Positions 1 through 9,719 are shown, counted from the stretch's first letter. The stretch: 64,000 bases of DNA from Candidatus Heimdallarchaeota archaeon (GCA_030603365.1 JAUVXV010000011.1:32001-96000); one strand, 5' to 3'. Program-made: numbers and translations. The notes: generated by a model not told the origin, from the sequence alone.

Positions 1-85
1 CCGTTGAAACAGAAGAGAAGTTGTATATAAGTTCAGGACTTTTTCGTCATTATCTTGGTCTGTAGTTCTCAATTTTACATCTTTT

Positions 86-177
86 AAACCTTGTTGCAAG
101 GTTGAATTCATTTTCAAAGATATACCTTCTTGTCAAGAGGACTTTCCTAAGAAGATGCCTTCACAACAAGGTTAACG
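86..177 (-). repeat. attC-like imperfect hairpin (repeat copy A plus its inverted partner)
   Basis: Minus strand reads TAAC-CTTGT-TGTGAAGG...CCTTGCA-ACAAG-GTT. AACCTTGTTG (88-97) is the exact reverse complement of CAACAAGGTT (164-173). Confidence 0.5.
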
Positions 178-357
178 TTACCAAATAATAAGAGAACGAC
201 ATGAAAAGATTAGTATTGAAGAGATTAAGCAATATTCTTAAGAGTGATAAATTTATAACAGTCACAATAAAATAAATTATTACAATTTTATTTCTCATAT
301 TTTTAGGAGTGGTAACTGCAACTCAAAGAAAGAAACCATCCTAAAATTTTCTTTTTT

Positions 358-383
358 CAAACAGTATGTAGACAACGAGGTTA
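358..383 (-). repeat. 26-bp intergenic repeat, copy B (overlaps M28 stop codon)
   Basis: caaacagtatgtagacaacgaggtta aligns without gaps to consensus AAGAAGGTATGTTGACAACAAGGTTA. Confidence 0.7.
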
Positions 384-1589
384 TATAGGTGCCATTTTGT
401 TAAATTCAATTACTGTAGCTATTGTTGTTTGAGTAACCTTCTTGATGAAATCGAAGTCTAACTTATCAATTGTATCTGCTTTTGTGTGATGATATGGAGA
501 ACGGAAATTTGCTGTATCTGTTATCATCAATGCAGGGATGTTTTCTTTCCAGAAAGGAGAATGATCTGAAAGAAGTAAATCATATAACCATTTAGCTATC
601 TTCTCGAATTTGAAAGGTATTCTTGCCCACAGATAAGGAAGCTTAATGCCTTCGTTTTTACAGTTTTTGCAGAATATCTTTCCAAGTTCCCTAGAGTTTT
701 TATCACTCACAACAGCTATAAAATCAACAATTCTTTTACGAGCTTTTACTTTGTATGATGGTAATAACAAAGGGTTCAATAAAGGAGGGAAAAACTGAGT
801 GTTTTTTCTTTTAGTAGAATAGCCAATTGTCACTAAATTAATTACTCCTTTAATTTTCTTATCCACGTCTAAAGCTTTCTTAACCCAGTAGTCACTCCCT
901 ACAAGACCAAGTTTGCCTACACTAGATGTTCTGGTAATGTGTGATCTAGTTTTTATTATATACGCTATGTATTCTTTCTCAGAATCAGTAAGATTGTCCT
1001 TAACCACTTCAAATGCTTTTTGCCACACATCTACTATTGGTTGACCCTTTGCTAGACCTAAAGTAACAGAAGAATAGAATTTCTTAAACATTTTTTGAGT
1101 ATGATAAGAGGTATAACGATGATTTTCATCAACAATTCCGAGCTCTAAAGCTTTATTTCGATCTCCTTGATCAAAAGTAGGACCTAATTCCTCTAGCGTG
1201 AAACTGATAAAACGAACATTTCCTGAAAAGTTTCTAGAAGCTAATATTCTTGCTACTTCTAGCATTGCGGCTACAGCTGAACCACTATCATTTGCCCCAG
1301 GAGAATTGAATCCAGTATCATAATGACTAGTAACCAAAATTTCAGGTTTAGAATCATCTCCCATATATCCTTCTATATTTCTAAAAACCATATCTGTACC
1401 TTCAACTTTGAAAGTTTGTTCATTTGTTTTTATACCATATTTTTTAAATTCTGAACTAATATAATCTGCTGTTTCATTCAGTTTTTGAGGATCAAAAATA
1501 TGGTGTTTAACACCTTCAATAGATAAGACATGTTGGAAAAGTTTCTCCACATCTACTTTATAAGGTATATCATTCATTTTACTTCGCAA
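381..1589 (-). CDS. M28 family metallopeptidase, paralogue with degenerate active-site residues
   Basis: SHYDT, PGAND, FTLEE, SDH and HT motifs. Close paralogue of 9720..10916 but has NLV instead of NLE. Confidence 0.85.
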   Translation of the reverse strand: MRSKMNDIPYKVDVEKLFQHVLSIEGVKHHIFDPQKLNETADYISSEFKKYGIKTNEQTFKVEGTDMVFRNIEGYMGDDSKPEILVTSHYDTGFNSPGANDSGSAVAAMLEVARILASRNFSGNVRFISFTLEELGPTFDQGDRNKALELGIVDENHRYTSYHTQKMFKKFYSSVTLGLAKGQPIVDVWQKAFEVVKDNLTDSEKEYIAYIIKTRSHITRTSSVGKLGLVGSDYWVKKALDVDKKIKGVINLVTIGYSTKRKNTQFFPPLLNPLLLPSYKVKARKRIVDFIAVVSDKNSRELGKIFCKNCKNEGIKLPYLWARIPFKFEKIAKWLYDLLLSDHSPFWKENIPALMITDTANFRSPYHHTKADTIDKLDFDFIKKVTQTTIATVIEFNKMAPI

Positions 1590-1628
1590 TCTTTAGAAAT
1601 TAAAGTTTATATACTTTTTCTAGTTTTT

Positions 1629-1654
1629 TGATAGGTAGGTTGACAATAAGGTTT
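1629..1654 (-). repeat. 26-bp intergenic repeat, copy C
   Basis: tgataggtaggttgacaataaggttt, ungapped match to consensus. Confidence 0.6.
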
Positions 1655-1701
1655 TTTCAGTACTCTAGGTTCATTATTCTAAACTTCTCTATATTGCTTG
1701 T

Positions 1702-2637
1702 TTAAAGTTTCTTTTGGACTACAGATATTACAACATTCCCCTTTTTGTGCCCTTTATCGACATACTTGTGAGCTTCGACCATTTGCTCCAAAGGATAACT
1801 TCTATCTATGAATGGTTTAATCTTCTCCTTCTCAATTAGATCTCTAAGGAAAGTCATTTTTTCTGTTGTTTCAGAAGTCATAGATTTTGCTGTAAGAAAG
1901 ATACCATTTGGTTTAAGTGCGCTTTTACATTTTTTGTCTGAAACCTTAACTACTGTTTCAAAAACAACATCATAAGTTTCACTACTTTGTGTAAAATCTT
2001 CCTTGGTGTAATCAATTATTTTATCAGCTCCTAACGATTTCACCATTTCTATTTTATCGGTACTGCATACACCAGTAACCTCAGCTCCAAAGTACTTAGC
2101 TAGTTGTACTGCATAACTACCAATACTTCCAGAAGCACCATAGATAAGAACTTTCTGTCCTTTCTGGATATTGGCTTTTCGAAGAATATGCAATGAAGCC
2201 ATACCTGCAACAGGAACTGCAGCTGCTTCTTCGTATGTTAAATTGGCAGGTTTTATTGCCACAACTCCCATCTTCCATTCTTCTGGCAGACACACATACT
2301 CTGCATAAGAACCTTGTTTCAACATAGTGGTAGTTCCAAAAATTTGATCACCTTTTTTAAACAGCTTGACATCTTTGCCTACTGATTCAACTGCTCCTGC
2401 AAACTCATAGCCTAGTATAGGTTTTCTGGGTTTTCGAATACCATACATTAACCGCAACGCGAAAGTAAAGAATTTGGAATCTGGGTGTTTACCTTTTCGT
2501 CCGTTCACAACTGCAGCGTTTACTGTTGTCCCATAAACTTTTACAAGTAGTTCATTGTCCTTGGGAGTAGGCTTCTCTATCTCTCTTAGTTCAAGAACCT
2601 CTGGTGGTCCGTATTTTTCATAAACTATTGCTTTCAT
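1702..2637 (-). CDS. NAD(P)-dependent medium-chain dehydrogenase/reductase (quinone oxidoreductase-like)
   Basis: [16 protein letters not shown]-terminus, GASGSIG nucleotide-binding motif, GHKKGNVV C-terminus. Confidence 0.9.
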   Translation of the reverse strand: MKAIVYEKYGPPEVLELREIEKPTPKDNELLVKVYGTTVNAAVVNGRKGKHPDSKFFTFALRLMYGIRKPRKPILGYEFAGAVESVGKDVKLFKKGDQIFGTTTMLKQGSYAEYVCLPEEWKMGVVAIKPANLTYEEAAAVPVAGMASLHILRKANIQKGQKVLIYGASGSIGSYAVQLAKYFGAEVTGVCSTDKIEMVKSLGADKIIDYTKEDFTQSSETYDVVFETVVKVSDKKCKSALKPNGIFLTAKSMTSETTEKMTFLRDLIEKEKIKPFIDRSYPLEQMVEAHKYVDKGHKKGNVVISVVQKKL

Positions 2638-2702
2638 TATTGCTTCAACTTTGTTTAAGATTTTATGTTAAAAGCCTATATGCAAATAAATACTTAATGA
2701 TT

Positions 2703-3071
2703 TCACAAGAAAAATACCGTACTTGCATAGTAGATTGTTAGAGCATTAAAGACAAAGCTTACTGTGAGCAAAAATATGTCAAAAGGCTTATACCCTTTTA
2801 TTCCAGCAAGATTAAAGAGAAGAAAGAAACTAGCTATGACGATGTTTACTATACTATTAGCAGGAAATCCCAATATCAATGAAAGAAAAACCATAACTAT
2901 TGGAATCACCATTAATACTGCTATTCCAAACCACACTATCTGACCTACTTTCTTACCTTCTATTTCTCCAGGTGTTAATTCCCCTGCAAAAATTCTTAGC
3001 ACATCACCTAACAAATAACATAACATACAAGCTACCCATAAGATTGAAAGTATTATATTTAAATCTTCCAT
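2703..3071 (-). CDS. Small 4-TM membrane protein (DUF6326-like)
   Basis: LSILWVACMLCYLLGDV motif. Start moved to ATG 3071 behind a TATA-like box; the ORF-track extension overlaps sppA. Confidence 0.7.
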   Translation of the reverse strand: MEDLNIILSILWVACMLCYLLGDVLRIFAGELTPGEIEGKKVGQIVWFGIAVLMVIPIVMVFLSLILGFPANSIVNIVIASFFLLFNLAGIKGYKPFDIFLLTVSFVFNALTIYYASTVFFL

Positions 3072-3121
3072 ATTCCAATTTGGTAGGTTAAGAAATAAAA
3101 ACTTTTGTAATTTTCTTAAAG

Positions 3122-3147
3122 AAGAAGGTATGTTGACAACAGGGTTA
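3122..3147 (-). repeat. 26-bp intergenic repeat, copy D
   Basis: aagaaggtatgttgacaacagggtta, 25/26 to consensus. Confidence 0.75.
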
Positions 3148-3184
3148 TTTTTGGAACCTTTTACAAAAAAAAAGAAAAAATAAT

Positions 3185-4882
3185 TTACTCTATTTTTATT
3201 TCCTCTGGCAACACCATCCATACATGAGTATCCAAGAAGGGTTTTATCCAATCTTCTAGTGAGAAATTTATTTTTCCATCTTTATACCAAATAGGCACAT
3301 CAGGTTTAGCTTTGTAAATGTCTACAATTCTACATCTATCAAGATTAAGTTTCGCTATTTCTGCAGCTTTTTCAAAAGCTTTCTTTATACTTCCAAGTTC
3401 ATCAACTAGACCTATTTCTTTAGCATCTTTACCAGACCACACTCTTCCTCCGCAGTATTTTACAAATTCCTTTCTATCCATTTTACGGAATTCTGCTACA
3501 TGATCTAGAAATACATCATAGATTTCGTTTATCCCTTTGAAAACTATATTTCTTTCTTCTTCTGAAAAAGGTTTTTCTGAACTATAAATTCCAGCTCTTT
3601 CTCCTCTACGTAGAAAAACTCTGTTAATCCCTTGTTTTTTAAGACTTTCTTGAGTTATGAATTTTAAGTTAATTACACCAATGGAACCTGTTAATGTCAT
3701 AGGCTGAGATACAACCCAGCTTGAAGAAGTCGCAATATAATATCCTCCTGACGCAGCTACATCGCTGAAGTATGTAACAACTGGTTTCTTCTTAACTAGT
3801 TCTTTTATTGCTGATCTCATTGCTTCAGAGGCAACTGCAGAACCTCCACCAGAATTGACATGAAAAACAACAGCTTTGACTTTTTTATCTCGCTTTGCTT
3901 TTCTAAGAAGGTGTACAATAGTTTGATCTCCTGCTTGGTCATCACCAAAAATAGGGATGGGTAGCTTAATTGGAGGTTTCTTACTTTTACCATCTATTAT
4001 TAAACCTTCAACAGATATAACTGCTATTGTATTCTTAGCTGGCTTTGGTTTAGGGATTTTAAGCTTCTTTAGGGATTTTTCCCAAGTTGTTAATACTAGT
4101 TTCTTCCTTTTAGAATATTCTTTTTTTACATATTCAATTAAATCTTCTTCACCAATTATTGTGTGAACCAATCCTTTTACCAAAGAATCTTTAGCTGTAT
4201 AAGGAGCATTATTCACTAACTCAATAATCTCTTTTTCTGATTTATCTAGAGCCAAACTAACATCTGAAACGAAAGTGTCAAAAGCAGAATCAATGATAGC
4301 TTGATATTGCTCCCTATCTTCTTTGGAAATGCTACTCTTTGAGAACATATCCCCTGCAGATTTGTAAGGAGAAATTGGAACAGCATCAACAGATAGGTCT
4401 CTTTTTGCTAAAGCATCTTTCATAAGCAAACGAGATAACTGAAGACCTATTATGTTAAGATTTCCAGCTTGTTGAAGACAAATTTCATCAGCTGCAGTTG
4501 CTACATAAAATTTAAAGAAATCATATCCGTGAGCATAGACTATAACTTTTTTTCCAGTTTTTCTAAAATCTAGAAGAAGATCTCTAAGTGATTGCGTTTT
4601 AGCTAGTCCTTCAGGTTGTTTTCTTAAGTGAATAATTATTCCTTCAAATTTAGGTAACTTGCTTAAACGATTAAAATATTCTTCAAGAAAAGCAAGAGAA
4701 AGAATTTTGGAAGGGAATAATCTTTTTTGGATGAAATTCTTACGAGGTTCAGGTCTTTCATTCAGTGGTATATCTAAATCAAGATAAATCCATCGAAGTT
4801 TTTTTGATTTAATTCCTCTATGTAGGTTTCTAATCGTCCTTATAATGGATTTAAAAGCTCTATCAATTATCATTTTAGTCAT
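3185..4882 (-). CDS. sppA: Signal peptide peptidase SppA, 67K type (S49)
   Basis: YKSAGD, NSGGGS, AASGGYYIA, TGSIGV and GRVWSG motifs in two S49 domains. Confidence 0.92.
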   Translation of the reverse strand: MTKMIIDRAFKSIIRTIRNLHRGIKSKKLRWIYLDLDIPLNERPEPRKNFIQKRLFPSKILSLAFLEEYFNRLSKLPKFEGIIIHLRKQPEGLAKTQSLRDLLLDFRKTGKKVIVYAHGYDFFKFYVATAADEICLQQAGNLNIIGLQLSRLLMKDALAKRDLSVDAVPISPYKSAGDMFSKSSISKEDREQYQAIIDSAFDTFVSDVSLALDKSEKEIIELVNNAPYTAKDSLVKGLVHTIIGEEDLIEYVKKEYSKRKKLVLTTWEKSLKKLKIPKPKPAKNTIAVISVEGLIIDGKSKKPPIKLPIPIFGDDQAGDQTIVHLLRKAKRDKKVKAVVFHVNSGGGSAVASEAMRSAIKELVKKKPVVTYFSDVAASGGYYIATSSSWVVSQPMTLTGSIGVINLKFITQESLKKQGINRVFLRRGERAGIYSSEKPFSEEERNIVFKGINEIYDVFLDHVAEFRKMDRKEFVKYCGGRVWSGKDAKEIGLVDELGSIKKAFEKAAEIAKLNLDRCRIVDIYKAKPDVPIWYKDGKINFSLEDWIKPFLDTHVWMVLPEEIKIE

Positions 4883-4989
4883 TTAGTAAAACGAATCAAT
4901 GCTTATATTTATTTCTGTGTTTAAGAAAAAAAATTGAAAATGCTAGTTTTCAGAAAAATTTAAACATACTAATTAGGATAGTGTAAATT

Positions 4990-5664
4990 ATGTTCCGTCT
5001 TAAAAGCTATGAACCTCCTCTGAGGATTCAAATCACAATCAAGAACCTGTTTATTATCATGGCGTATGTTTTGAATCTAACATTCTTCTTAGCGATTGCT
5101 TATTATCCAGAGAAATATCAATTTTTTAGTGAACACATCAGTAATCTTGGTTCTTTCGAAAGTGCGTTGGGAGCAATTAACATTATTTCTATGAGGATAA
5201 TTATTGTTGGATTTGGAATATGTTCATTACTTCTTCTAGCTGTAGCAATACTGTATTTTACTAGAAGAGATCTATATCTTTGGCATGTTAAAGGAATTCT
5301 CTCACTAATAGTTGCTTTTGGTGTAGCTTGTGATGCAATACCTTCTGATCATCCAAAGCTTTGGGTTTTACATATAATTGGTGCATCCGCATTTATTGGT
5401 GGATTTGCAGCCTTTAACGCAGTATTGCAAATTTCTAGTACGATTAAGAAACGTAAAGATAAACAAGAAGAGGTTAACAAAGTAGATACTATTTGGGATA
5501 TATTCCTTTCCATTGTTTTGATACTTTTACTAATAGGATACTTCACAATCTTTGCATTAAATCTTGACAATTTAGGGATTAGCAATCTAGACGCAATATT
5601 CCAGAAAGTTATAATCTTTGCTGAGATTCTTGCGCTATACTTTATTGATAATAAAGATGTATGA
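4990..5664 (+). CDS. Multi-pass membrane protein (DUF998/Frag1-like)
   Basis: Six hydrophobic segments, ISNLG motif, His in a TM segment, FQK near the C-terminus. Confidence 0.6.
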   Translation: MFRLKSYEPPLRIQITIKNLFIIMAYVLNLTFFLAIAYYPEKYQFFSEHISNLGSFESALGAINIISMRIIIVGFGICSLLLLAVAILYFTRRDLYLWHVKGILSLIVAFGVACDAIPSDHPKLWVLHIIGASAFIGGFAAFNAVLQISSTIKKRKDKQEEVNKVDTIWDIFLSIVLILLLIGYFTIFALNLDNLGISNLDAIFQKVIIFAEILALYFIDNKDV

Positions 5665-5744
5665 AAGATTAAATTTAGTGAACTTCTCTTTTTCTTATTT
5701 TGATAAGTACTTTAGATTTTAGAAATCAATGATTCATTAATTAT
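5612..5744 (+). repeat. ~135-bp segmental duplication, copy 1 (3' end of 4990..5664 plus intergenic DNA)
   Basis: Near-identical to 8075-8209. Confidence 0.9.
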
Positions 5745-5924
5745 ACTCAAAATACTAGTTCAAACGATATAACAATAATCATATTTATCACAATTATAAT
5801 TCTTTCAGATTGACATACAGTTGTTTGAGAAAAACTAGATTTCAGATTATATTGCTTGAAATCCTCTTTGCAGAATTTACAAAGGAAACTAGTTGTCTCG
5901 CTTTTTCTATTATATCTAGGGCAT

Positions 5925-5950
5925 AAGAAGGTATGTTAACAGCAAGGTTA
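5925..5950 (-). repeat. 26-bp intergenic repeat, copy E
   Basis: aagaaggtatgttaacagcaaggtta; followed by gttacca as in copy A. Confidence 0.75.
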
Positions 5951-5954
5951 AATG

Positions 5955-6172
5955 TTACCATATCTTGTGATGATATTGTATTGTAGCAATGGTGACTTGA
6001 GTTATCTTCTTTATGAAATCGAAATCCAATTTGTCAATAGTATCTGCTTTAGTATGATAATAGGGGTAGCGAAAGTTCGCTGTATCAGTGATCATCAAAG
6101 CAGGAATGTTTTCCCTCCAGAAAGGAGCATGATCTGAACGTAGTGTATCCATTAACCATTTAACTATTTTCT
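5955..6172 (-). pseudogene. M28 peptidase C-terminal fragment
   Basis: KWLMDTLRSDHAPFW...YYHT...; 5' end fused at the stop codon of the beta-helix gene. Confidence 0.85.
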
Positions 6173-7762
6173 CTTTCTTTTATGGAGAACTGCAACAACA
6201 AACAGAAAGAGAATAGAGACAGAAAAGAGTAGAATAGGAGAGAGAGTAGAAAACTCAGGAACAATGGCAGAAACAGTAAAGGAGTAATAGGTACCATTGT
6301 TGTCGTTAGTAGCTTCATTGTGGCTTATTGAACTATCAATAGCTGTAATATAATAATCAATAACGCTACCAACAGTGAACGGACCAATAGTTGCTTGATA
6401 AATTGATCCAGTATAAAGAGTCATAGAAATAACTAACCATCCACCACCATTAATTCGATAATGTAGAGTAACAGAATCGATACCAGAAGAGTGGCTGACT
6501 GTAGCAGAAATGGTTATAGTATCAGAATTTGTGGGGGAAGAGGGATTGTGATTGACACTTTCGATAAGTGGAGGAGTTAGAATACATTCAGAAGGATACA
6601 AATCTGAGGAATTAGCAGAACCATCAATAGAATAATGTTCGCTTCCGTTCCAATCAGACCAACAGTTGCCTTGTAATAATAATTGATCATACCATAGGTT
6701 GTAAGTTCCATCTTCAAATCCTTGTGACGTACCACCAAAATTGTTATTATAGAAAATATTTCTGTAAATAAGATTGTAAGAGGTTGAACTAAAAATGTAA
6801 ACTCCATAAGCAACATTGTCTTGTATGAAGTTTTCATTAATAACATTGAAATTGGATTGGTATAGGTGGACACCATACAAGTCGTTGTTGCTAAAATTAT
6901 TAGCACTTAAAATGTTATTATGAGAAGAATAAAGCGAGATACCATATTGGTTGTTGCTAAAATTATTAGCACTTAAAATGTTATTACCAGAATTACTAAG
7001 CAAGATACCTTCCAAGTCGTTGTAACTACAATTATTGGCACTTAAAATGTTATTACCAGAATCACCAAGCAAGATACCCTCCCTCTGGTTGTAACTACAA
7101 TTATTGGCACTTAAAATGTTATTATGAGAAGAATCAAGCGAGATACCCTTCCTCTGGTTGTAGCTACAATTATTAGCACTTAAATTGTTATTACTAGAAC
7201 CACCAAGCAAGATACCCTCATACAGGTTGTTGCTACAATTATTAGCACTTAAAATGTTATTACTAGAAAGAGAAAGCAAGATACCTACCTCGCCGTTGTT
7301 GCTACAATTATTAGCACTTAAAATGTTATTATGAGAAGAAGAAAGATAGATACCATGATTGATATTTTTTTCACATGTATTGTTTGTTATTGTTGCTGTA
7401 CCATCAGCAATATTCAAAATATAAATACCATGATCTAGTGCATTAACATAACAATTATTGATAATAAAATGTTTTGTTGTACCTGAGATTCTAATACCTA
7501 CACTGCTAGTTGTTGTAATATTGTAACCCTCAATAATATAAGGATCTCCAGGTATTCCTGAACCGAGATAAGGGCTAAATCCGCTATCATCAGTAATACT
7601 TATTGGTCCATGTGCAGTTAGAGCTGAAACGAATATTTGCGTATTATTAGAGTTTTCTTGTATATAATTAGTTGAGAGAAAAGAAACTGCGAGTACAATT
7701 ATTACTGCTACTGTTTTTGAAATTTTTAATTTACTACTTTTTACTTTTTTCACTCTCATCAT
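6164..7762 (-). CDS. Secreted NosD/parallel beta-helix protein with Ig-like domain and PEF-type C-terminal anchor
   Basis: Signal peptide, GIxL..S.NN.L..N repeats, GNCWSDW, VPEF followed by TM and KRKRK. Confidence 0.85.
   Translation of the reverse strand: MMRVKKVKSSKLKISKTVAVIIVLAVSFLSTNYIQENSNNTQIFVSALTAHGPISITDDSGFSPYLGSGIPGDPYIIEGYNITTTSSVGIRISGTTKHFIINNCYVNALDHGIYILNIADGTATITNNTCEKNINHGIYLSSSHNNILSANNCSNNGEVGILLSLSSNNILSANNCSNNLYEGILLGGSSNNNLSANNCSYNQRKGISLDSSHNNILSANNCSYNQREGILLGDSGNNILSANNCSYNDLEGILLSNSGNNILSANNFSNNQYGISLYSSHNNILSANNFSNNDLYGVHLYQSNFNVINENFIQDNVAYGVYIFSSTSYNLIYRNIFYNNNFGGTSQGFEDGTYNLWYDQLLLQGNCWSDWNGSEHYSIDGSANSSDLYPSECILTPPLIESVNHNPSSPTNSDTITISATVSHSSGIDSVTLHYRINGGGWLVISMTLYTGSIYQATIGPFTVGSVIDYYITAIDSSISHNEATNDNNGTYYSFTVSAIVPEFSTLSPILLFSVSILFLFVVAVLHKRKRK
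6872..7354 (-). repeat. Seven ~69-bp in-frame tandem repeats (23-aa beta-helix rungs)
   Basis: NNILSANN(C/F)S(N/Y)N repeated with near-identical DNA. Confidence 0.9.
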
Positions 7763-7884
7763 CTTGCTTATTTTTTAATAGTTGAAGATAAAAGATTTTA
7801 AATCTTTCTCTCTCTTATTTCTTACTGTTCACTATCTTACTCCCTCAATGTCAATCTTTTCAAGCTCTAGTTGGGTGAAATCGT

Positions 7885-8068
7885 TAGTATAAATAGAGGC
7901 TAGTTTTGTCGAAAGCTTTGTTCGACCTTGAACTTCTTAGAGAAAGAAAAGAGGAAAAACAACAAAAATTTCTTATTTCAAAGCTTTAACTACATAACCT
8001 CTTTTTTTCTTAAGAACACACATTTGAAGTCGTATTTCCTTTTCGACAAAAAATTACTATTTATACTA
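7885..8068. mobile_element. MITE-like non-coding element with imperfect terminal inverted repeats
   Basis: TAGTATAAATAG...TTTTGTCGAAA (7885-7914) versus TTTCGACAAAA...CTATTTATACTA (8041-8068); terminal TA could be the target duplication. Confidence 0.6.
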
Positions 8069-8074
8069 GCAAAT

Positions 8075-8209
8075 TAATCTTTGCTGAGATTCTTGCGCTA
8101 TACTTTATTGATAACAAAGATGTATGAAAGATTAAATTTAGGGAACTTCTCTTTTTTTCTTATTTTAATAAGTACTTTAGATTCTAGAAATCAATGAGTC
8201 ATTAATTAT
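8075..8209 (+). repeat. ~135-bp segmental duplication, copy 2
   Basis: Near-identical to 5612-5744; starts about 7 bp after the MITE end. Confidence 0.9.
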
Positions 8210-8620
8210 CAAGTTGTTTCAGCAAGTTCTATAACAGCTGCAATAGTAGCTTGAGTTATCTTCTTTATGAAATCAAAATCTAGTTTATCTATAGTATCTG
8301 CTTCAGTGTGGTAGTATGGATATCGAAAATTCGCTGTATCTGTTATCATAAGAGCTGGAATATTTTCCTTCCAGAAAGGAGCATGATCAGACCTAAGTGT
8401 ATCCATTAGCCATTTAGCTATCTTTTCGAATTTTAGAGGTAGTTTTACCCACAAATAGGGAAGCTTAATTTCTTCTTGTTTACATTTCTTGCAGAATAAT
8501 TTTCCTAGTTCCTTTGAGTTTTTATCACTAATAACTGAAATGAAATCCCCTATTCTTTTACGAGCTTTTACTTTGTAAGAAGGGAACATTCGTGGGTGCA
8601 TTAGAGGTGGTAAAGTCTGT
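8209..8620 (-). pseudogene. M28 peptidase C-terminal fragment
   Basis: LPPLMHP...RSDHAPFW...YYHT; lacks the N-terminal two-thirds. Confidence 0.85.
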
Positions 8621-8665
8621 TCTAAGCACGTTAAACGGTTGAATTAAAGGAATGCATTTTCATAG

Positions 8666-9568
8666 TTATATTCCCAGTAGTTTTTTGGCATTATTACCTA
8701 AGATTGCTTTTTTTTCCTCCTCAGTAAAAGGTTGAACACCCATTTGTTTTAAAGGCTCGGGTACATTTAGATTCTTGATTCCTTGTACCCATTCTGATTG
8801 AGATACTATATGGGTGAACAGGGGCCAATCTGAACCGAACAATATTTTCTCTATTCCGCACGTCATTCTTGCATTTTGTAACATTTGTACGAAAATTCCT
8901 GGAACATGTTTAAACACAGATTCCCAAGCAGAGATGTCTAGATACACGTTTGGATTCTTTGCTGCAACTGCAAATGCTTGATCAGTGAATGGATTACCCA
9001 TATGAGCCATGATGAAATTAATATTTGGAAAATCAACTGCTACAGTGTCAATATAGATTGGTTGACAGTATTTTAGATAAGTATACTGTGGTCCTAAACC
9101 AGTATGTGCTAGTATGGGGACGTTAAATTCTTCAACTTTCCTGTAAAAATCATAATACTCCTTAGAATCTGGATAAAATCCAGTTAATGTCCAAAATTTT
9201 ACTCCCTTGAGACCTAATTCCTCAATACATCTTTCAAGCTCTACGATAGCCTCAATACCTCTTCGAGGATCAATCCCTGCAAATCCGATAATTTTGTCAG
9301 AATAGTTCTCAACAATATCTGCAACGTAATCATTATAAACTTTAAAATCCAACTTACTTCGGTATTTCAAGTAACCATCTACAGCAAGAATCACCGTTTT
9401 ATCGATACCTGCTTCATCCATTTCTTCCACTAAACGCTCCACAGAGCCATTAAGTACAGATTGAGGATCAGGACATTTCAAATTTCTAATTATACTTTCC
9501 AACAGTTTATTGAGATCTCCATCGATGATGGTTTCATCCCATATGTGACAATGAATATCAATTATCAT
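8666..9568 (-). CDS. Amidohydrolase family 2 protein
   Basis: IIDIHCH, AHTG, MAHMG and LFGSDWP motifs. Confidence 0.9.
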   Translation of the reverse strand: MIIDIHCHIWDETIIDGDLNKLLESIIRNLKCPDPQSVLNGSVERLVEEMDEAGIDKTVILAVDGYLKYRSKLDFKVYNDYVADIVENYSDKIIGFAGIDPRRGIEAIVELERCIEELGLKGVKFWTLTGFYPDSKEYYDFYRKVEEFNVPILAHTGLGPQYTYLKYCQPIYIDTVAVDFPNINFIMAHMGNPFTDQAFAVAAKNPNVYLDISAWESVFKHVPGIFVQMLQNARMTCGIEKILFGSDWPLFTHIVSQSEWVQGIKNLNVPEPLKQMGVQPFTEEEKKAILGNNAKKLLGI

Positions 9569-9644
9569 TTTCTTTCCTCAGAATTTTCCAATTAAGATAG
9601 TACTAAAATAAATGAATGATACATTTTAAGTATTTCTCTGATTG

Positions 9645-9679
9645 GGATTAATCGTTTGATTGGATCCAAACGATCATCC
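9645..9679 (-). other. Intergenic stem-loop downstream of the M28 gene
   Basis: Minus strand GGAT-GATCGTTTG-loop-CAAACGATT-A-ATCC. Confidence 0.5.
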
Positions 9680-9719
9680 ACTCATCATTGTTGAATTTTA
9701 TAGAAGAACAATTATGATT

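Noticed and set aside
3072-3251. N-terminal extension of ORF 2703..3251
   Set aside because: It overlaps sppA and runs through an A/T tract and a repeat copy; ATG 3071 has a TATA-like box.
149-5950. 26-bp repeats as a CRISPR array
   Set aside because: Spacing is 0.2-2.8 kb with whole genes in between, and there are no cas genes.
6872-7354. Diversity-generating retroelement
   Set aside because: No reverse transcriptase or template repeat in the window, and differences are not clearly adenine-restricted.
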